64,000 nucleotides of DNA from Deltaproteobacteria bacterium (lineage in GTDB: Bacteria > Desulfobacterota > Desulfobulbia > Desulfobulbales > Desulfurivibrionaceae). Shown one piece after another: positions 49,561 to 59,748 of the stretch; the first letter of the stretch is position 1; every line of letters begins with the position of its first letter. Location: positions 3,194 to 67,193 of the forward strand of contig JAJZRJ010000011.1 of assembly GCA_021802775.1 (NCBI GenBank), in the 5' to 3' direction. A program made the translations under genes and the position numbers. The notes under the pieces were generated by a model that was not told the origin of the DNA, ran no database searches, and was given only the letters and a program-made list of their open reading frames with translations.

Positions 49561-49969
49561 GATGAAACCTCCATGTTTTGGTGTGTTGCAAGCCGGCCTG
49601 CTTCCTTGCAGAACCCGCTTTTTCCTGGTGAAGCAGTGATACTTTTAAAATACCAGATCATCAAACACGTTGTTATTATCTCTCCGCAGTGGCACCTCCT
49701 TTTGACCCGAGGTTGCAACCCTTTTCCGAGCCTTGCTTTCCTGATCGGATAACTCGGGAGAGAACTTAAACAATCGCCACAAAAAATATCGCAACGCAGT
49801 GCGGTGGGGCACTGGAACCGATTGCGAATACAATCGACAAGTTGTTCCAACCCGCCCCGTCCCTGACTTTTTCGGCATACATTCCGGCATAGCCTTGACT
49901 TTTTCGGAATGTGTGCCCATTAATGAATACATTGCTATCAATGATAGCAAAACCACCAGAGGTACGACT

Positions 49970-50227
49970 ATGGCAACACTCACAATCCGCAATGTTGACG
50001 AGGCGGTCAAGCAGAGCCTGCGGCAGCGGGCCGCGCTGCATGGCCGCTCCATGGAAGAGGAACTCCGGCAAATCCTGCGGGAAGTGCTGGGACGCCGATC
50101 TTTACCGGCAAAGGGGTTGGGCTCCCGCATCATGGCAAAATTCGCCACGGAAGGTGGAGTTGAACTGCCATCGCCGCAACGCTCCTTGGCGAGGCTCCCA
50201 CCAAACTTTGAGGAAGGCTCGCCGTGA
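49970..50227 (+). CDS. vapB: Type II antitoxin, ribbon-helix-helix (FitA/VapB-like)
   Basis: The internal ATG at 49970 gives MATLTIRNVDEAVKQSLRQRAALHGRSMEEELRQIL. It overlaps the PIN toxin gene by 4 bp. Confidence 0.85.
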   Translation: MATLTIRNVDEAVKQSLRQRAALHGRSMEEELRQILREVLGRRSLPAKGLGSRIMAKFATEGGVELPSPQRSLARLPPNFEEGSP

Positions 50228-50649
50228 TCCTGCTGGACGCCAACGTACTTTCCGAATTGATGCGCGCAACGCCGGAGCCGTTGGTGCTGGCCTGGATGGA
50301 CAGCCGGCCGGCCCCGGATTTTTGGGTGAGCGCCATCACCGTGGCCGAGATCAGGTTGGGGATCGCCCTGTTGCCCGATGGGAAACGCCGCGCCAATTTG
50401 GCCCGGCTGGCGGATGCGATGTTCCAGGAGGATTTTGCCAGCCGCTGCCTGCCATTTGACCAAGAGGCCGCCGCGCTTTACGCGCTGATCGTTGCCAACC
50501 GAATGCGCCAGGGGCGGCCAATCAGTGTTGAAGATGGCCAAATTGCCGCCATTGCCGTGGCCAGCGGGCTGACACTGGCCACCCGCAACACCACTGATTT
50601 CGCCGGCATCGAGGGCTTACGCCTCATCAATCCCTGGCTAGCAGCGTGA
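50224..50649 (+). CDS. vapC: Type II toxin, PIN-domain ribonuclease VapC/FitB
   Basis: 141 aa; MILLDANVLSELMR...AEIRLGIALLP...GQIAAIAVASGLTLATRNTTDF. Confidence 0.9.
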   Translation: MILLDANVLSELMRATPEPLVLAWMDSRPAPDFWVSAITVAEIRLGIALLPDGKRRANLARLADAMFQEDFASRCLPFDQEAAALYALIVANRMRQGRPISVEDGQIAAIAVASGLTLATRNTTDFAGIEGLRLINPWLAA

Positions 50650-50668
50650 CGCGAAGGCAGCGAAACGC

Positions 50669-51453
50669 CTAAGCCCCAACTACCTTCTTCCCGGTAAGTC
50701 CCACCGCGATGATGCTGATCTCGTAGAGCACGATGAGCGGCACCGCCATCAGGCACTGGTTGATCACATCCGGGGTGGGGGTGAGAATGGCGGCGATGAC
50801 AAAGGCAAAGAGGATGGCGTAACGGCGGTGTTTGCGGAGAAAGGCCGCATCGATGACGCCGAGGCGGGAGAGCAGGACCATGAAGACCGGCAGTTCGAAG
50901 ACCAGGCCAAAGGCGATGAGCAGCCGCAGGGAGAGGGAAAAATATTCCTTCACCGCCGGCATCGGCATCAGGAAATCGCTGGAATAACCGACCAGAAAAC
51001 GGAAGGCAGGCGGGAAGACCACGTAGTAGCCAAAGGCGGCGCCGCCCAAAAAACAGCAGACCGAAAGGACGGTAAAGGGCAGCACCACCTGCTTTTCATG
51101 CTGATAGAGGCCAGGGGCCACGAAACGCCAGAGCTGCCAGAAAAGGACCGGGCTGGCCAGCAGGATGCCGGCGGCCAGGGCAATTTTCAGATAAAAAAAA
51201 AGCCCTCCTGATAGGAGGTGAAGATCAGGGTACTCCCGGCGGGCAGCACCGCAAAGAGCGGGCGGAAGAGCCACTCGCCGATCTCCTTGCTATAGGCATA
51301 GGCAATCCCAAAGCCGATTGCCACCGCAAGCAGGGAATTGACCAGGCTGCGGCGCAGGTCGGCCAGATGCTCGGTCAGGGCCTGTTTCTGAAATTCTTCC
51401 ACCAGGATGCTCGCGTCGATTCGTGCCCTCAAGGGGCTTGCTTCCATGGACAC
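50669..51453 (-). pseudogene. tatC: Sec-independent translocase subunit TatC, split by a 1-nt frameshift in a 9-nt homopolymer
   Basis: Track ORFs 51187..51453 (...LTEHLADLRRSLV...IFTSYQEGFFFI*) and 50669..51274 (...FFYLKIALAAGILLASPVLFWQLWRFVAPGLY...) are consecutive TatC segments in different frames. One extra T in the T9 run (plus-strand A9 at 51193-51201) restores ...QEGFFFYLKIALAAG.... Confidence 0.85.
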
Positions 51454-51566
51454 CGATACGCGCCCATACTACCCGGCCGGCCGGTCAGGGTCAAGCAAAT
51501 CGACGCGCCGCCCCACCTGGCGAAGGGGTTGCAATACTCCCCCAAACCGGGTAGTTCTGTGCTGCC

Positions 51567-52442
51567 ATGAAAATCCTGCCTCACCCCAACCACCTGGCGG
51601 CCGGTTGCGCCTTACTGTCCCGCCCCTTGCTGCCCCTGGCCCGCCTTGTTGGCTTTCTGTACCTCACCGGCCCGTTCGACCGCCTCGCCGAAGTACTCCC
51701 CGAGCTGCCCGATCCCATCGAAACCAGCGGGGCAATCTACGAACGACCCGCCGCGCTGCTGCAGCCCTTTCTGCCGCTCCTTGAGGAGTTCGAACAACTC
51801 AAGCACCCCACCGCCCGGCCGTACCGGATTCTCGATGCGGCAGGCGACGAACTCCCGGCCATGGAGGCCATCGACCTCTGGCTCGGCCACCATCTGCTGA
51901 TCCAGGAACTGGAAGAGATCAACAGCCTCCTGTGCGCCCCCTGCGGCTGCACCCTCTGCTGCATTGGGCCGGAAGCGGACATGAGTCAGGCTTTCTTCGA
52001 GATCCCGCTCCAGCCGGCGGAAGGCCAACGGTTTTCCCTCCCCACCATCGACACCGCGGCCAGCCGGGCAACGACGCCGTATCAAGAACCAGCAATGCAA
52101 TGCGATGGTTCCCCTTTCTATGCCACCGGCCCGGCCCTGTATCACTGGCAATCCGGCTGGAGCCTCATCCTGCCCCAAGGCGCCGCCTGCCCTCACCTGG
52201 AGTCTTCGGGGCGATGCCGCATCTATCCGGACCGGCCGGAGGTCTGCCGGCGGCCGCAGATTTTTTCTTATGCACTGGAGGCGGTTACAGGGCAACCGGC
52301 GGGCGGAATAACCGCGTATCAGGCACGCCGCGCCTTGCTCGCGGTCTGGGACTGTCCCTATGTGCAGGCCTTGCAGGACGAAATCGCCGCCTTTGCCGCA
52401 GCGTGCGACCTCACGCCGGTATTCCGGCAAAACAAGGCATGA
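51567..52442 (+). CDS. YkgJ-family (UPF0153) cysteine-cluster protein with N-terminal extension
   Basis: CAPCGCTLCC ... CPHL..SGRCRIYPDRPEVCR matches the YkgJ zinc/iron-chelating pattern. Confidence 0.65.
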   Translation: MKILPHPNHLAAGCALLSRPLLPLARLVGFLYLTGPFDRLAEVLPELPDPIETSGAIYERPAALLQPFLPLLEEFEQLKHPTARPYRILDAAGDELPAMEAIDLWLGHHLLIQELEEINSLLCAPCGCTLCCIGPEADMSQAFFEIPLQPAEGQRFSLPTIDTAASRATTPYQEPAMQCDGSPFYATGPALYHWQSGWSLILPQGAACPHLESSGRCRIYPDRPEVCRRPQIFSYALEAVTGQPAGGITAYQARRALLAVWDCPYVQALQDEIAAFAAACDLTPVFRQNKA

Positions 52443-52543
52443 CGAAGCCGTGGTAATCTTTTTTGCAACGCAAAGACGCGATGGCGCAAGATGTCACTGC
52501 TGTTCGCTACGACATGCTCCCCCTGCGCCTCTGCGCCGTTGCG

Positions 52544-53239
52544 TTATTTTTTTTCAGTTGAAGAAAGTATTTTTCCCTGCGAGAGCTGCCACAACGGCGT
52601 GATCCGCCGAATCCGTTGCGGCGTCAACGCCTCCCAGAAGATGGCCGGCACCTCGCTGCGGGCTGCCGGAATTTCCGTTACCCCACCGGGATGGATCACC
52701 ACCTCGGCCCGCACATCCCACGGTTGGGCATCGTCAACAACCGCGTCTCCCAAAAAGTTCCCGGTAACCGCCACCACGGTGAACGGGGCGGCCAGTGCCC
52801 CGGCTGCCTGAAGGATGGCGATTGCCAAGTCGAAAAAGCCCTTGCCCTCGGCCACCGTCACCCCGCGCCGATCGACGGCCAACGCGTCGCTGATCAGCAG
52901 GGCAATCCGTTGGCCGGCCAGCGCAGGGAGGGTGAGCCGCGTTCCGTGGGTGGCAATGCCCTGCGGCGTTACTGCCTGGGCAAGCGCGGCAAAAGGCAGG
53001 GTATAGGGTGCCAGCCGCCAGAAGCCATCCTGCAGACCAGCCGCCGGCATGATCAGCGACTTGCCGTCGCCCAGGGTGTTGATCCGGACCTGCCGCAGCC
53101 CGAGCGCCGGCCCGACAAAGATCGCCTTGGCGTCCCGGTAGGCGGCCAGGCGGCGCACCTGTTCGGCGATCCGGCCGGGCGAAAACCCAGGCGCGCCGGC
53201 AGCCTCTTCCTGCCCACAACGCAGGGTTTCCTTGTTCAT
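52544..53239 (-). CDS. 5-formyltetrahydrofolate cyclo-ligase family-like protein (divergent)
   Basis: ALLISDALAVDRRGVTVAEGKGFFDLAI resembles, by eye, the family motif (D..vPglAfD..G.RlG.G.GyYDr). RBS GGGAGGAG. Confidence 0.5.
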   Translation of the reverse strand: MNKETLRCGQEEAAGAPGFSPGRIAEQVRRLAAYRDAKAIFVGPALGLRQVRINTLGDGKSLIMPAAGLQDGFWRLAPYTLPFAALAQAVTPQGIATHGTRLTLPALAGQRIALLISDALAVDRRGVTVAEGKGFFDLAIAILQAAGALAAPFTVVAVTGNFLGDAVVDDAQPWDVRAEVVIHPGGVTEIPAARSEVPAIFWEALTPQRIRRITPLWQLSQGKILSSTEKK

Positions 53240-53252
53240 GCCGCTCCTCCCA

Positions 53253-53285
53253 AATAAAAAAGGCCGGCGGGTCCCCCCACCGGCC
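53253..53285 (-). terminator. Rho-independent terminator after the carboxypeptidase gene
   Basis: On the minus strand: ggccgg-tggggggacccg-ccggcc followed by ttttttatttg. It lies only about 14 nt upstream of the start of the next minus-strand gene. Confidence 0.6.
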
Positions 53286-53308
53286 TCATGTTTCCATTGC
53301 CATCCGCT

Positions 53309-54478
53309 CTACAGACTGGGGGAGACCCTGCGTCCTTCGCTGGCCAGTTGCAACGCGGCATGGCGCCGCTCTTCGCCGCGACCGCTTCGCCCTGCCACGG
53401 TCATGCCATGCGCCTTTGCCTGAAAGCCGAATTCCACCAGACGACGAACATCCGTCCACATGGACTCACTGCCCATGAGAGAGACGATGATTTCGTGACC
53501 GTTACGGCTGAACTTGCCGACATAGGTCTTACGGGCCACATCGGTATACCCGGTCTTGCCGCCTTCGGCGCCTTCGATCTGCCACAGTGCCTTGTTGTGA
53601 GAGCGCAGCAGTTTGCCGTCACTGGTCTTTACCGCGGTAAAGGCCATGCGCCGGCAGAACTCCTCGTCCTGCATCGCCTGCCGGAAAATCATGGCCAGGT
53701 CGTGAGCCGTGGTCTGCTGCCCAGGTGCGGTCAGACCGTTGGCGGTCTTGCACACGGTATTGGTGGCGCCCAGCGCCTCGGCCTTGCGGGTCATCAGCTT
53801 GGCAAAGGCCCGCTCCGAGCCGGCAATCCGCTCGGCCAGCGCCACACTGGCATCGTTGGCCGAGGCCAGTAATACGGCGTTGATCAGATCGTCGGCCACA
53901 TACTTCCTGCCGGGCCGGAGATAGACCTTGGAACGCGGCATCCGCGCCGCCACCCGGCTGGCCGGTACCAGATCGTCGTTGCGCAGCGAGTTGAGCGCGA
54001 TCAGCCCGGTGAGCACCTTGATGGTACTGGCGGGCTGACCCGGCAAATCCGGATTGTGGGCGTAAATCAGATCGCCGGTCGTTGCATCCATCACCACCGC
54101 GCTCCGCGACGTCAACTGATCGCGCAGATAGACCGCATCCCGAACGGCGTCGCCGGAATAGACCACCGGCGTGGCGTACTGCACGTGACTCTTGGGCGCC
54201 TTGGCAACGACCCTTGATTTCCTCGTTTTCTTGGCCACTTTCGCCTTTCGCTTCTTCGCGGAGGCGGTGGCCTTCGATTTTTTCGTCTTCTTGGCCACCT
54301 TTGCCTTCCGCTTCTTCGCGGAGACCGTGACCTTCGACTTCTTGGCCTTTCGGCTGCTCACACTGGTGCCGGCTTCCCGGTCACCGGCAGAGGTGCCACG
54401 GGCCACAACCGGGGGTGCCATAAGCAACAGCGCGGCCCCGACTAAAAGTATATTTCTTAAGAACTTCCCAACACTCAT
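53309..54478 (-). CDS. D-alanyl-D-alanine carboxypeptidase (S11, PBP5/6-like) with N-terminal Lys-rich repeats
   Basis: Signal peptide. Active-site motifs are SxxK (PASTIKVL), SxN (LLASANDA) and KTG (GGKTGYT). A 20-aa repeat, KKSK(V/A)T(V/A)SAKKRKAKVAKKT, occurs twice after the signal peptide. Confidence 0.88.
   Translation of the reverse strand: MSVGKFLRNILLVGAALLLMAPPVVARGTSAGDREAGTSVSSRKAKKSKVTVSAKKRKAKVAKKTKKSKATASAKKRKAKVAKKTRKSRVVAKAPKSHVQYATPVVYSGDAVRDAVYLRDQLTSRSAVVMDATTGDLIYAHNPDLPGQPASTIKVLTGLIALNSLRNDDLVPASRVAARMPRSKVYLRPGRKYVADDLINAVLLASANDASVALAERIAGSERAFAKLMTRKAEALGATNTVCKTANGLTAPGQQTTAHDLAMIFRQAMQDEEFCRRMAFTAVKTSDGKLLRSHNKALWQIEGAEGGKTGYTDVARKTYVGKFSRNGHEIIVSLMGSESMWTDVRRLVEFGFQAKAHGMTVAGRSGRGEERRHAALQLASEGRRVSPSL
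54228..54350. repeat. 60-bp tandem repeat (two units plus a partial third) encoding the Lys-rich segment
   Basis: 54228-54287 and 54288-54347 align with a few substitutions (ttcttggccac.tt.gcctt.cgcttcttcgcggag...). Confidence 0.85.
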
Positions 54479-54784
54479 GCGCTCTTCCCTCTAGTCCCTT
54501 ATCGGCCCATCATAAAAAATCATGATAAAAATCATCGTGATACCTATAGACTGCTATATCGTATGCCGCAGGGGTAAATCAACCATTTTTTGAACTATTT
54601 TTTGCAACCACCTGTTTTCACGAAACTATTAACCACACCGCAACAGCCCTCAACCCACAACCGGTTGATGCCGTTGGCAATTCTCTCTACGATATATGGG
54701 GTATGAGCCAGGATCAAGGAATTCCAGCAGCAGATGTCATTTTTTTCACTTTTTCCCGGCAATGAGGCGTGGTACCCTGCTTTC

Positions 54785-55318
54785 ATGCCTGACCTGACAA
54801 TACATTACTGGACATGGCTCTTGGGCGAGACTGAACTATTCAGTTGCCATCTGATCCTCCAAGACGAGAACATCGCACAACTGAGCTTTTCCGCCACCGC
54901 CCATGCCAGGGCCCTTCATTTCCTAAGGCAGCGCGGAATCAGCGTCCGGCAGCTCCGGCGGCACGCCCCCTTCTCCCGGCGCATTCAAAATGCCCTGGCC
55001 GCCTATGCCGCCGGCAGCAGCCATCTCCAGCTCCCCCTCTTCCTGGATTCGCCCTTCTGGACAACAGGCACGCCATTCCAGCAAAGGGTTTGGAGAGAAA
55101 TAGGCCGCATCCCCTACGGCGAGACTCGCACCTACGGCGAACTTGCCACCCGCCTTGGCATACCGGGAGGCGCCAGGGCAGTAGGCCAGGCGTGCCATAG
55201 CAATCCGCTGGCCCTTGTCATCCCTTGCCATCGGGTGGTGGCTGCCCACGGAGCGGGCGGCTTTGCCGGAGCGATTGGCATCAAACAACGATTGCTGGCG
55301 CTGGAAAAATCGCGCTAA
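54785..55318 (+). CDS. ogt: Methylated-DNA--protein-cysteine methyltransferase
   Basis: TPFQQRVWREIGRIPYGETRTYGELA...NPLALVIPCHRVV (PCHR active site). The start is uncertain (ATG at 54785 or the track start at 54734). Confidence 0.9.
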   Translation: MPDLTIHYWTWLLGETELFSCHLILQDENIAQLSFSATAHARALHFLRQRGISVRQLRRHAPFSRRIQNALAAYAAGSSHLQLPLFLDSPFWTTGTPFQQRVWREIGRIPYGETRTYGELATRLGIPGGARAVGQACHSNPLALVIPCHRVVAAHGAGGFAGAIGIKQRLLALEKSR

Positions 55319-55359
55319 CGATGCTGCCGCTTACGCGACGGCCGATCGGCAAAAAGCGA

Positions 55360-56433
<1,074 letters not shown>

Positions 56434-56446
56434 TTATGCCGTCCAC

Positions 56447-56908
56447 TCATTCCCCCTCGTACACCACCCAGAGCAGGCCCTGCTCGGTATTGAACAGGAA
56501 GAGCCCCGGCTGCGCCCGCAGCGCCTCGGTGGAAAAATCGGCTGCCACCCGCGATTGCGGCAGACCGAGCTTCGTGGCGCCACCCGGATCGATCCTGCCC
56601 AGCAGGCTGCCGACCGCCATGTTGGCCGTCTCCTTCACCGTATCGAGCACCTGGGCCTCGTTGACATCCACCTCGTCCACCCCGAGAAAATTGACCGTGA
56701 TCCCGCGGGCCAGATTCTTCGGCAGATAAAAACTGAGGGTGCCCGACTTCACCCCCTGGAAGGTGATGGTCGCCTCGTAATAGCCATCGTCCGCAACGAT
56801 CTCCTCCGGGGGCGGCGTCTCGAACAGCGGCTCCAGAAAAGTGAAGTACATGGTCTCGAAGACCTCGGACAACGTCTCGCAGATGGTCTGCCGCAGATTG
56901 GTATCCAT
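56447..56908 (-). CDS. CheX-like chemotaxis phosphatase (CheC/CheX family)
   Basis: 153 aa; ...TLSEVFETMYF... and VKETANMAVGSLLG, as in CheX-type proteins. It lies within the che operon. Confidence 0.7.
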   Translation of the reverse strand: MDTNLRQTICETLSEVFETMYFTFLEPLFETPPPEEIVADDGYYEATITFQGVKSGTLSFYLPKNLARGITVNFLGVDEVDVNEAQVLDTVKETANMAVGSLLGRIDPGGATKLGLPQSRVAADFSTEALRAQPGLFLFNTEQGLLWVVYEGE

Positions 56909-56937
56909 CGCGCCTCCCGCCGGAAAGGGGTGAACCG

Positions 56938-57381
56938 TTAAAAATCCATGTCGCTGTTTGTATCGTCCCGGTGGGGCATGTCGGACGCCAGCCGGTGTTC
57001 GTAGGCCTTGGCCAAGACCTCGTAGAGGATGGCCTTGATCGTTTCCGGGACAAAGGGTTTCTTGATATATCCCGCCACCCCGAGGCTCTTCGCTTCCTCC
57101 ATCCGGGCCTCGCTGGACTCGGTGGTGATGAAGATCAGCGGGATGCGCTTGTAGTCCTCGCTGGCGCTCACCGTCCGCAGCAGTTCCATGCCGCCCATTT
57201 CCGGCATATTGATGTCGGAGAGGATGACATCGATCCAGTTGTTCTCCAGGATCGCCAGCGCCTCTTTCCCGTTGGCCGCTTCATGGAATTCGCCAATGGG
57301 GACGCCGGACATCTCCACCGTCTTCTTGACCACAGCCCGCATGGTTTCCGAGTCGTCAGCCACCAGAATATTGAACGCCAT
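56938..57381 (-). CDS. cheY: Chemotaxis response regulator CheY-like
   Basis: ILVADDSETMR...ILSDINMPEMGG...IFITTE...GYIKKPF. It has an extra acidic C-terminal tail of about 25 aa. Confidence 0.85.
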   Translation of the reverse strand: MAFNILVADDSETMRAVVKKTVEMSGVPIGEFHEAANGKEALAILENNWIDVILSDINMPEMGGMELLRTVSASEDYKRIPLIFITTESSEARMEEAKSLGVAGYIKKPFVPETIKAILYEVLAKAYEHRLASDMPHRDDTNSDMDF

Positions 57382-57438
57382 ACCCCACTCCTGTCCTTAC
57401 TTTAACCCAACGCGCACAATCATGAGCCCTTTGTCGCG

Positions 57439-58287
57439 TCAGATGTGAAAAAGCTCCTGCGCCTGCTCCATGTCGTCCAGCAGGTTCGCCATGCACAGAT
57501 CCAGATCCAGCGGCGTGATGCCGAAGCGTTTCAACCCCTCGCCCTGTACCCTGGTGGCAAGACCGTCGGCACCGACGCCGATCCCCATGGTGACCACCAG
57601 GGCGTTGCTCAAGGAAGTCAGGGCGGTAAGCGGCTCCTTTTTCAGGGCATCCGGGTCGTGGTGCTGGAGCACTGCCAGCTGCATCTCTTCCGGGAACTCC
57701 CACTTCTTGAGGATCATGCCGCCGAGTTCGGCGTGGGAGATGCCCAGCAACTCCTTTTCCGCCTCCACAAAGGAACATTGATCCCGGACCACCTTGATCA
57801 TGATCCGCTTGAAATCGTCAGCCACAAAGGTGTTCAAAAAGCGCTTGCCGATGTCGTGGAGCAGGCCCACGGTGTAGGCCACGCCCGAATCCACCCCCTG
57901 GATATGCTTCTTCGCCATGTGCTTGGCCAGGATGCCCGTGGCCACGGAATGCCGCCAGAGTTCGCCCTGTTCGAGCCTGTACCCATCACCTACCGCGCCC
58001 TTATAAAAACGGGCACTGCTGCTGGTGACGATGATATCCTTCAGGGTGTCGTGCCCCACGATCACCAGCGCCTCGTTGAGGGAGGAGACCTTGCGCGGCA
58101 GGCCGAAGTAGGAGGCGTTGCAGATCTTGAGCACATTGGCGGTGATCACCTGATCGTACTGGATGATCTCGGCCAGGGCCTTGACGTCGGTCTCCGGGTC
58201 GTCCAGCATCCCCATGACCCGCTGCACCACCTTGGGGAAAGGCTGGACGTGCTTAACCAGGTTCAAGATTTCGTCGATACAGCTCAT
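57439..58287 (-). CDS. HDOD domain-containing protein
   Basis: ...PFPKVVQRVMGMLDDPETDVKALAEIIQYDQVITANVLKICNASYFGLPRKVSSLNEALVIVG... is the HDOD N-terminal pattern. HD-like helices follow (LLHDIGK). Confidence 0.85.
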   Translation of the reverse strand: MSCIDEILNLVKHVQPFPKVVQRVMGMLDDPETDVKALAEIIQYDQVITANVLKICNASYFGLPRKVSSLNEALVIVGHDTLKDIIVTSSSARFYKGAVGDGYRLEQGELWRHSVATGILAKHMAKKHIQGVDSGVAYTVGLLHDIGKRFLNTFVADDFKRIMIKVVRDQCSFVEAEKELLGISHAELGGMILKKWEFPEEMQLAVLQHHDPDALKKEPLTALTSLSNALVVTMGIGVGADGLATRVQGEGLKRFGITPLDLDLCMANLLDDMEQAQELFHI

Positions 58288-58763
58288 AGCTCAAACTCCC
58301 CGCGGCCCGAGACTTTCAGCCGGGTAATGCCGGTGCCGATTTCAAGGCTCACCGTCCGGTTTCCGGTGCCGCCCACATCCTCCTTGGCGATCATGATGTT
58401 GTTCTTCCAGAAGATCTTGCGCAACACCGCGTGATTCCGTTTGCCGATATTGAAGATGCCGGCGTTGTCCATGATCTGCGAGCCACCCACCACCTTTACG
58501 ATCAGGCGGTTCTTCACCGCACCGTATTTGTAGGTCTCTTTGAAGAGCAGCGGGATGCCGGAATCGGCGAACATAAATGGTTTCGCCTGGGCCTTTTCCA
58601 TATCGAGGGAGGAATCAGGCAGCATGTAGTGAAGCAACCCGCCCACCTTGGCGACCGGATCCCAGATGACCACGCCGATGCATGAGCCCAGGGAATAGGT
58701 GATCAACACATCGTCGGCCTGGTTGCTCACCTTCATGTCCGAAATGCCGATCACAAGCTTCAT
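58284..58763 (-). CDS. cheD: Chemoreceptor glutamine deamidase CheD
   Basis: 159 aa; LITYSLGSCIGVVIWDP (catalytic Cys) ...GGLLHYMLP...NIGKRN.... Confidence 0.9.
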   Translation of the reverse strand: MKLVIGISDMKVSNQADDVLITYSLGSCIGVVIWDPVAKVGGLLHYMLPDSSLDMEKAQAKPFMFADSGIPLLFKETYKYGAVKNRLIVKVVGGSQIMDNAGIFNIGKRNHAVLRKIFWKNNIMIAKEDVGGTGNRTVSLEIGTGITRLKVSGRGEFEL

Positions 58764-58805
58764 GCGATCTCTGTCCTTTGCCTCGTCATGCAGTATCCGC
58801 CAGCC

Positions 58806-59720
58806 TTAACGTTTCTGATAGGCAGTGGCATCGACCTGGGTGAAGCCGTGCTTGAGACTGGTGATGCTCTCCGAATGGCCGATGAAGAGATAGCCGCCCG
58901 GCACGAGCGCCCGGTGGAACTTGGCAACCAACTGCTGCTGCGTCTCCCGGTTGAAATAGATCATGACATTACGACAGAAAATGACGTCCAGCTCCTCCCG
59001 CCACGGAAAATCATGCATGAGATTGAAACGGCTGAAGGTCACGCAGCGCCGCAGCGTCTCCTTGACCTTCACGTATCCGGCTGAATTTCCCACCCCTTTC
59101 TGAAAATAGCGCTTGAGAAAGAGCGGCGGCACCTTGGCGATCCGGTCGTCGGGATAGACGCCCCGGTGGGCCTGGGCCAGCACCTTGGTGGAAATGTCGG
59201 TGGCCGTAAGGCGAAAATTCCACCCCGGATGCTGCTCCAGAAAATCCGCAACCACCATGGCCATGGTATATGGCTCCTCGCCGGAGGAACAGGCCGAGGA
59301 CCACAACCTGATCTCCCGCTGGCGACGGTCCGAGGCGGTTATCTCCGGCAGTACCCGGCTGACCAGCAGATCGAAATGCGAGTTTTCCCGAAAAAAACTG
59401 GTGAAGTTCGTAGAGACGACGTCGATCATCTGCACGAGTTCGTCACCGCTCGCATCCCGCATCAGATACTCATAATACTCCTTGAAAGAGTCGATCCCCA
59501 GGGCGCGGAGCCGCTTGCCCAGCCGGGCATTGAGCAGCTCCTTTTTTTCCGGTTTGAGATAGATCCCGGCCTTCTCGTAGACCAGGGCGCTGAACTTCTG
59601 AAACTGGACGTCGGTCAGTTGCCGATAGGTCAGGCCGAACGATTCGGGCAAATCCTGCACCGCCGCCGACCCTTCTGCATATCCGGTTTTCCCCGTCGTC
59701 AAAGCGGTCATGCGGCACAC
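58806..59720 (-). CDS. cheR: Chemotaxis protein methyltransferase CheR
   Basis: FQKFSALVYEKAGIYL..., FFRE..HFD, IRLWSSACSSGEEPYTMAMV (SAM site), IFCRNVMIYF. The start is either the GTG at 59720 or the ATG at 59711. Confidence 0.93.
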   Translation of the reverse strand: MCRMTALTTGKTGYAEGSAAVQDLPESFGLTYRQLTDVQFQKFSALVYEKAGIYLKPEKKELLNARLGKRLRALGIDSFKEYYEYLMRDASGDELVQMIDVVSTNFTSFFRENSHFDLLVSRVLPEITASDRRQREIRLWSSACSSGEEPYTMAMVVADFLEQHPGWNFRLTATDISTKVLAQAHRGVYPDDRIAKVPPLFLKRYFQKGVGNSAGYVKVKETLRRCVTFSRFNLMHDFPWREELDVIFCRNVMIYFNRETQQQLVAKFHRALVPGGYLFIGHSESITSLKHGFTQVDATAYQKR

Positions 59721-59748
59721 ATCGTCCGGTTAACGCAACGCGCGATCA

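Noticed and set aside
47884-49752. 622-aa plus-strand ORF
   Set aside because: It lies antisense to flagellin. It is a shadow ORF.
49561-49760. Sigma28 promoter (TAAA-N15-GCCGATAA) upstream of fliC
   Set aside because: The best candidates match only 4-6 of 8 positions in the -10 element or lack a correctly spaced TAAA. That is not supportable by eye.
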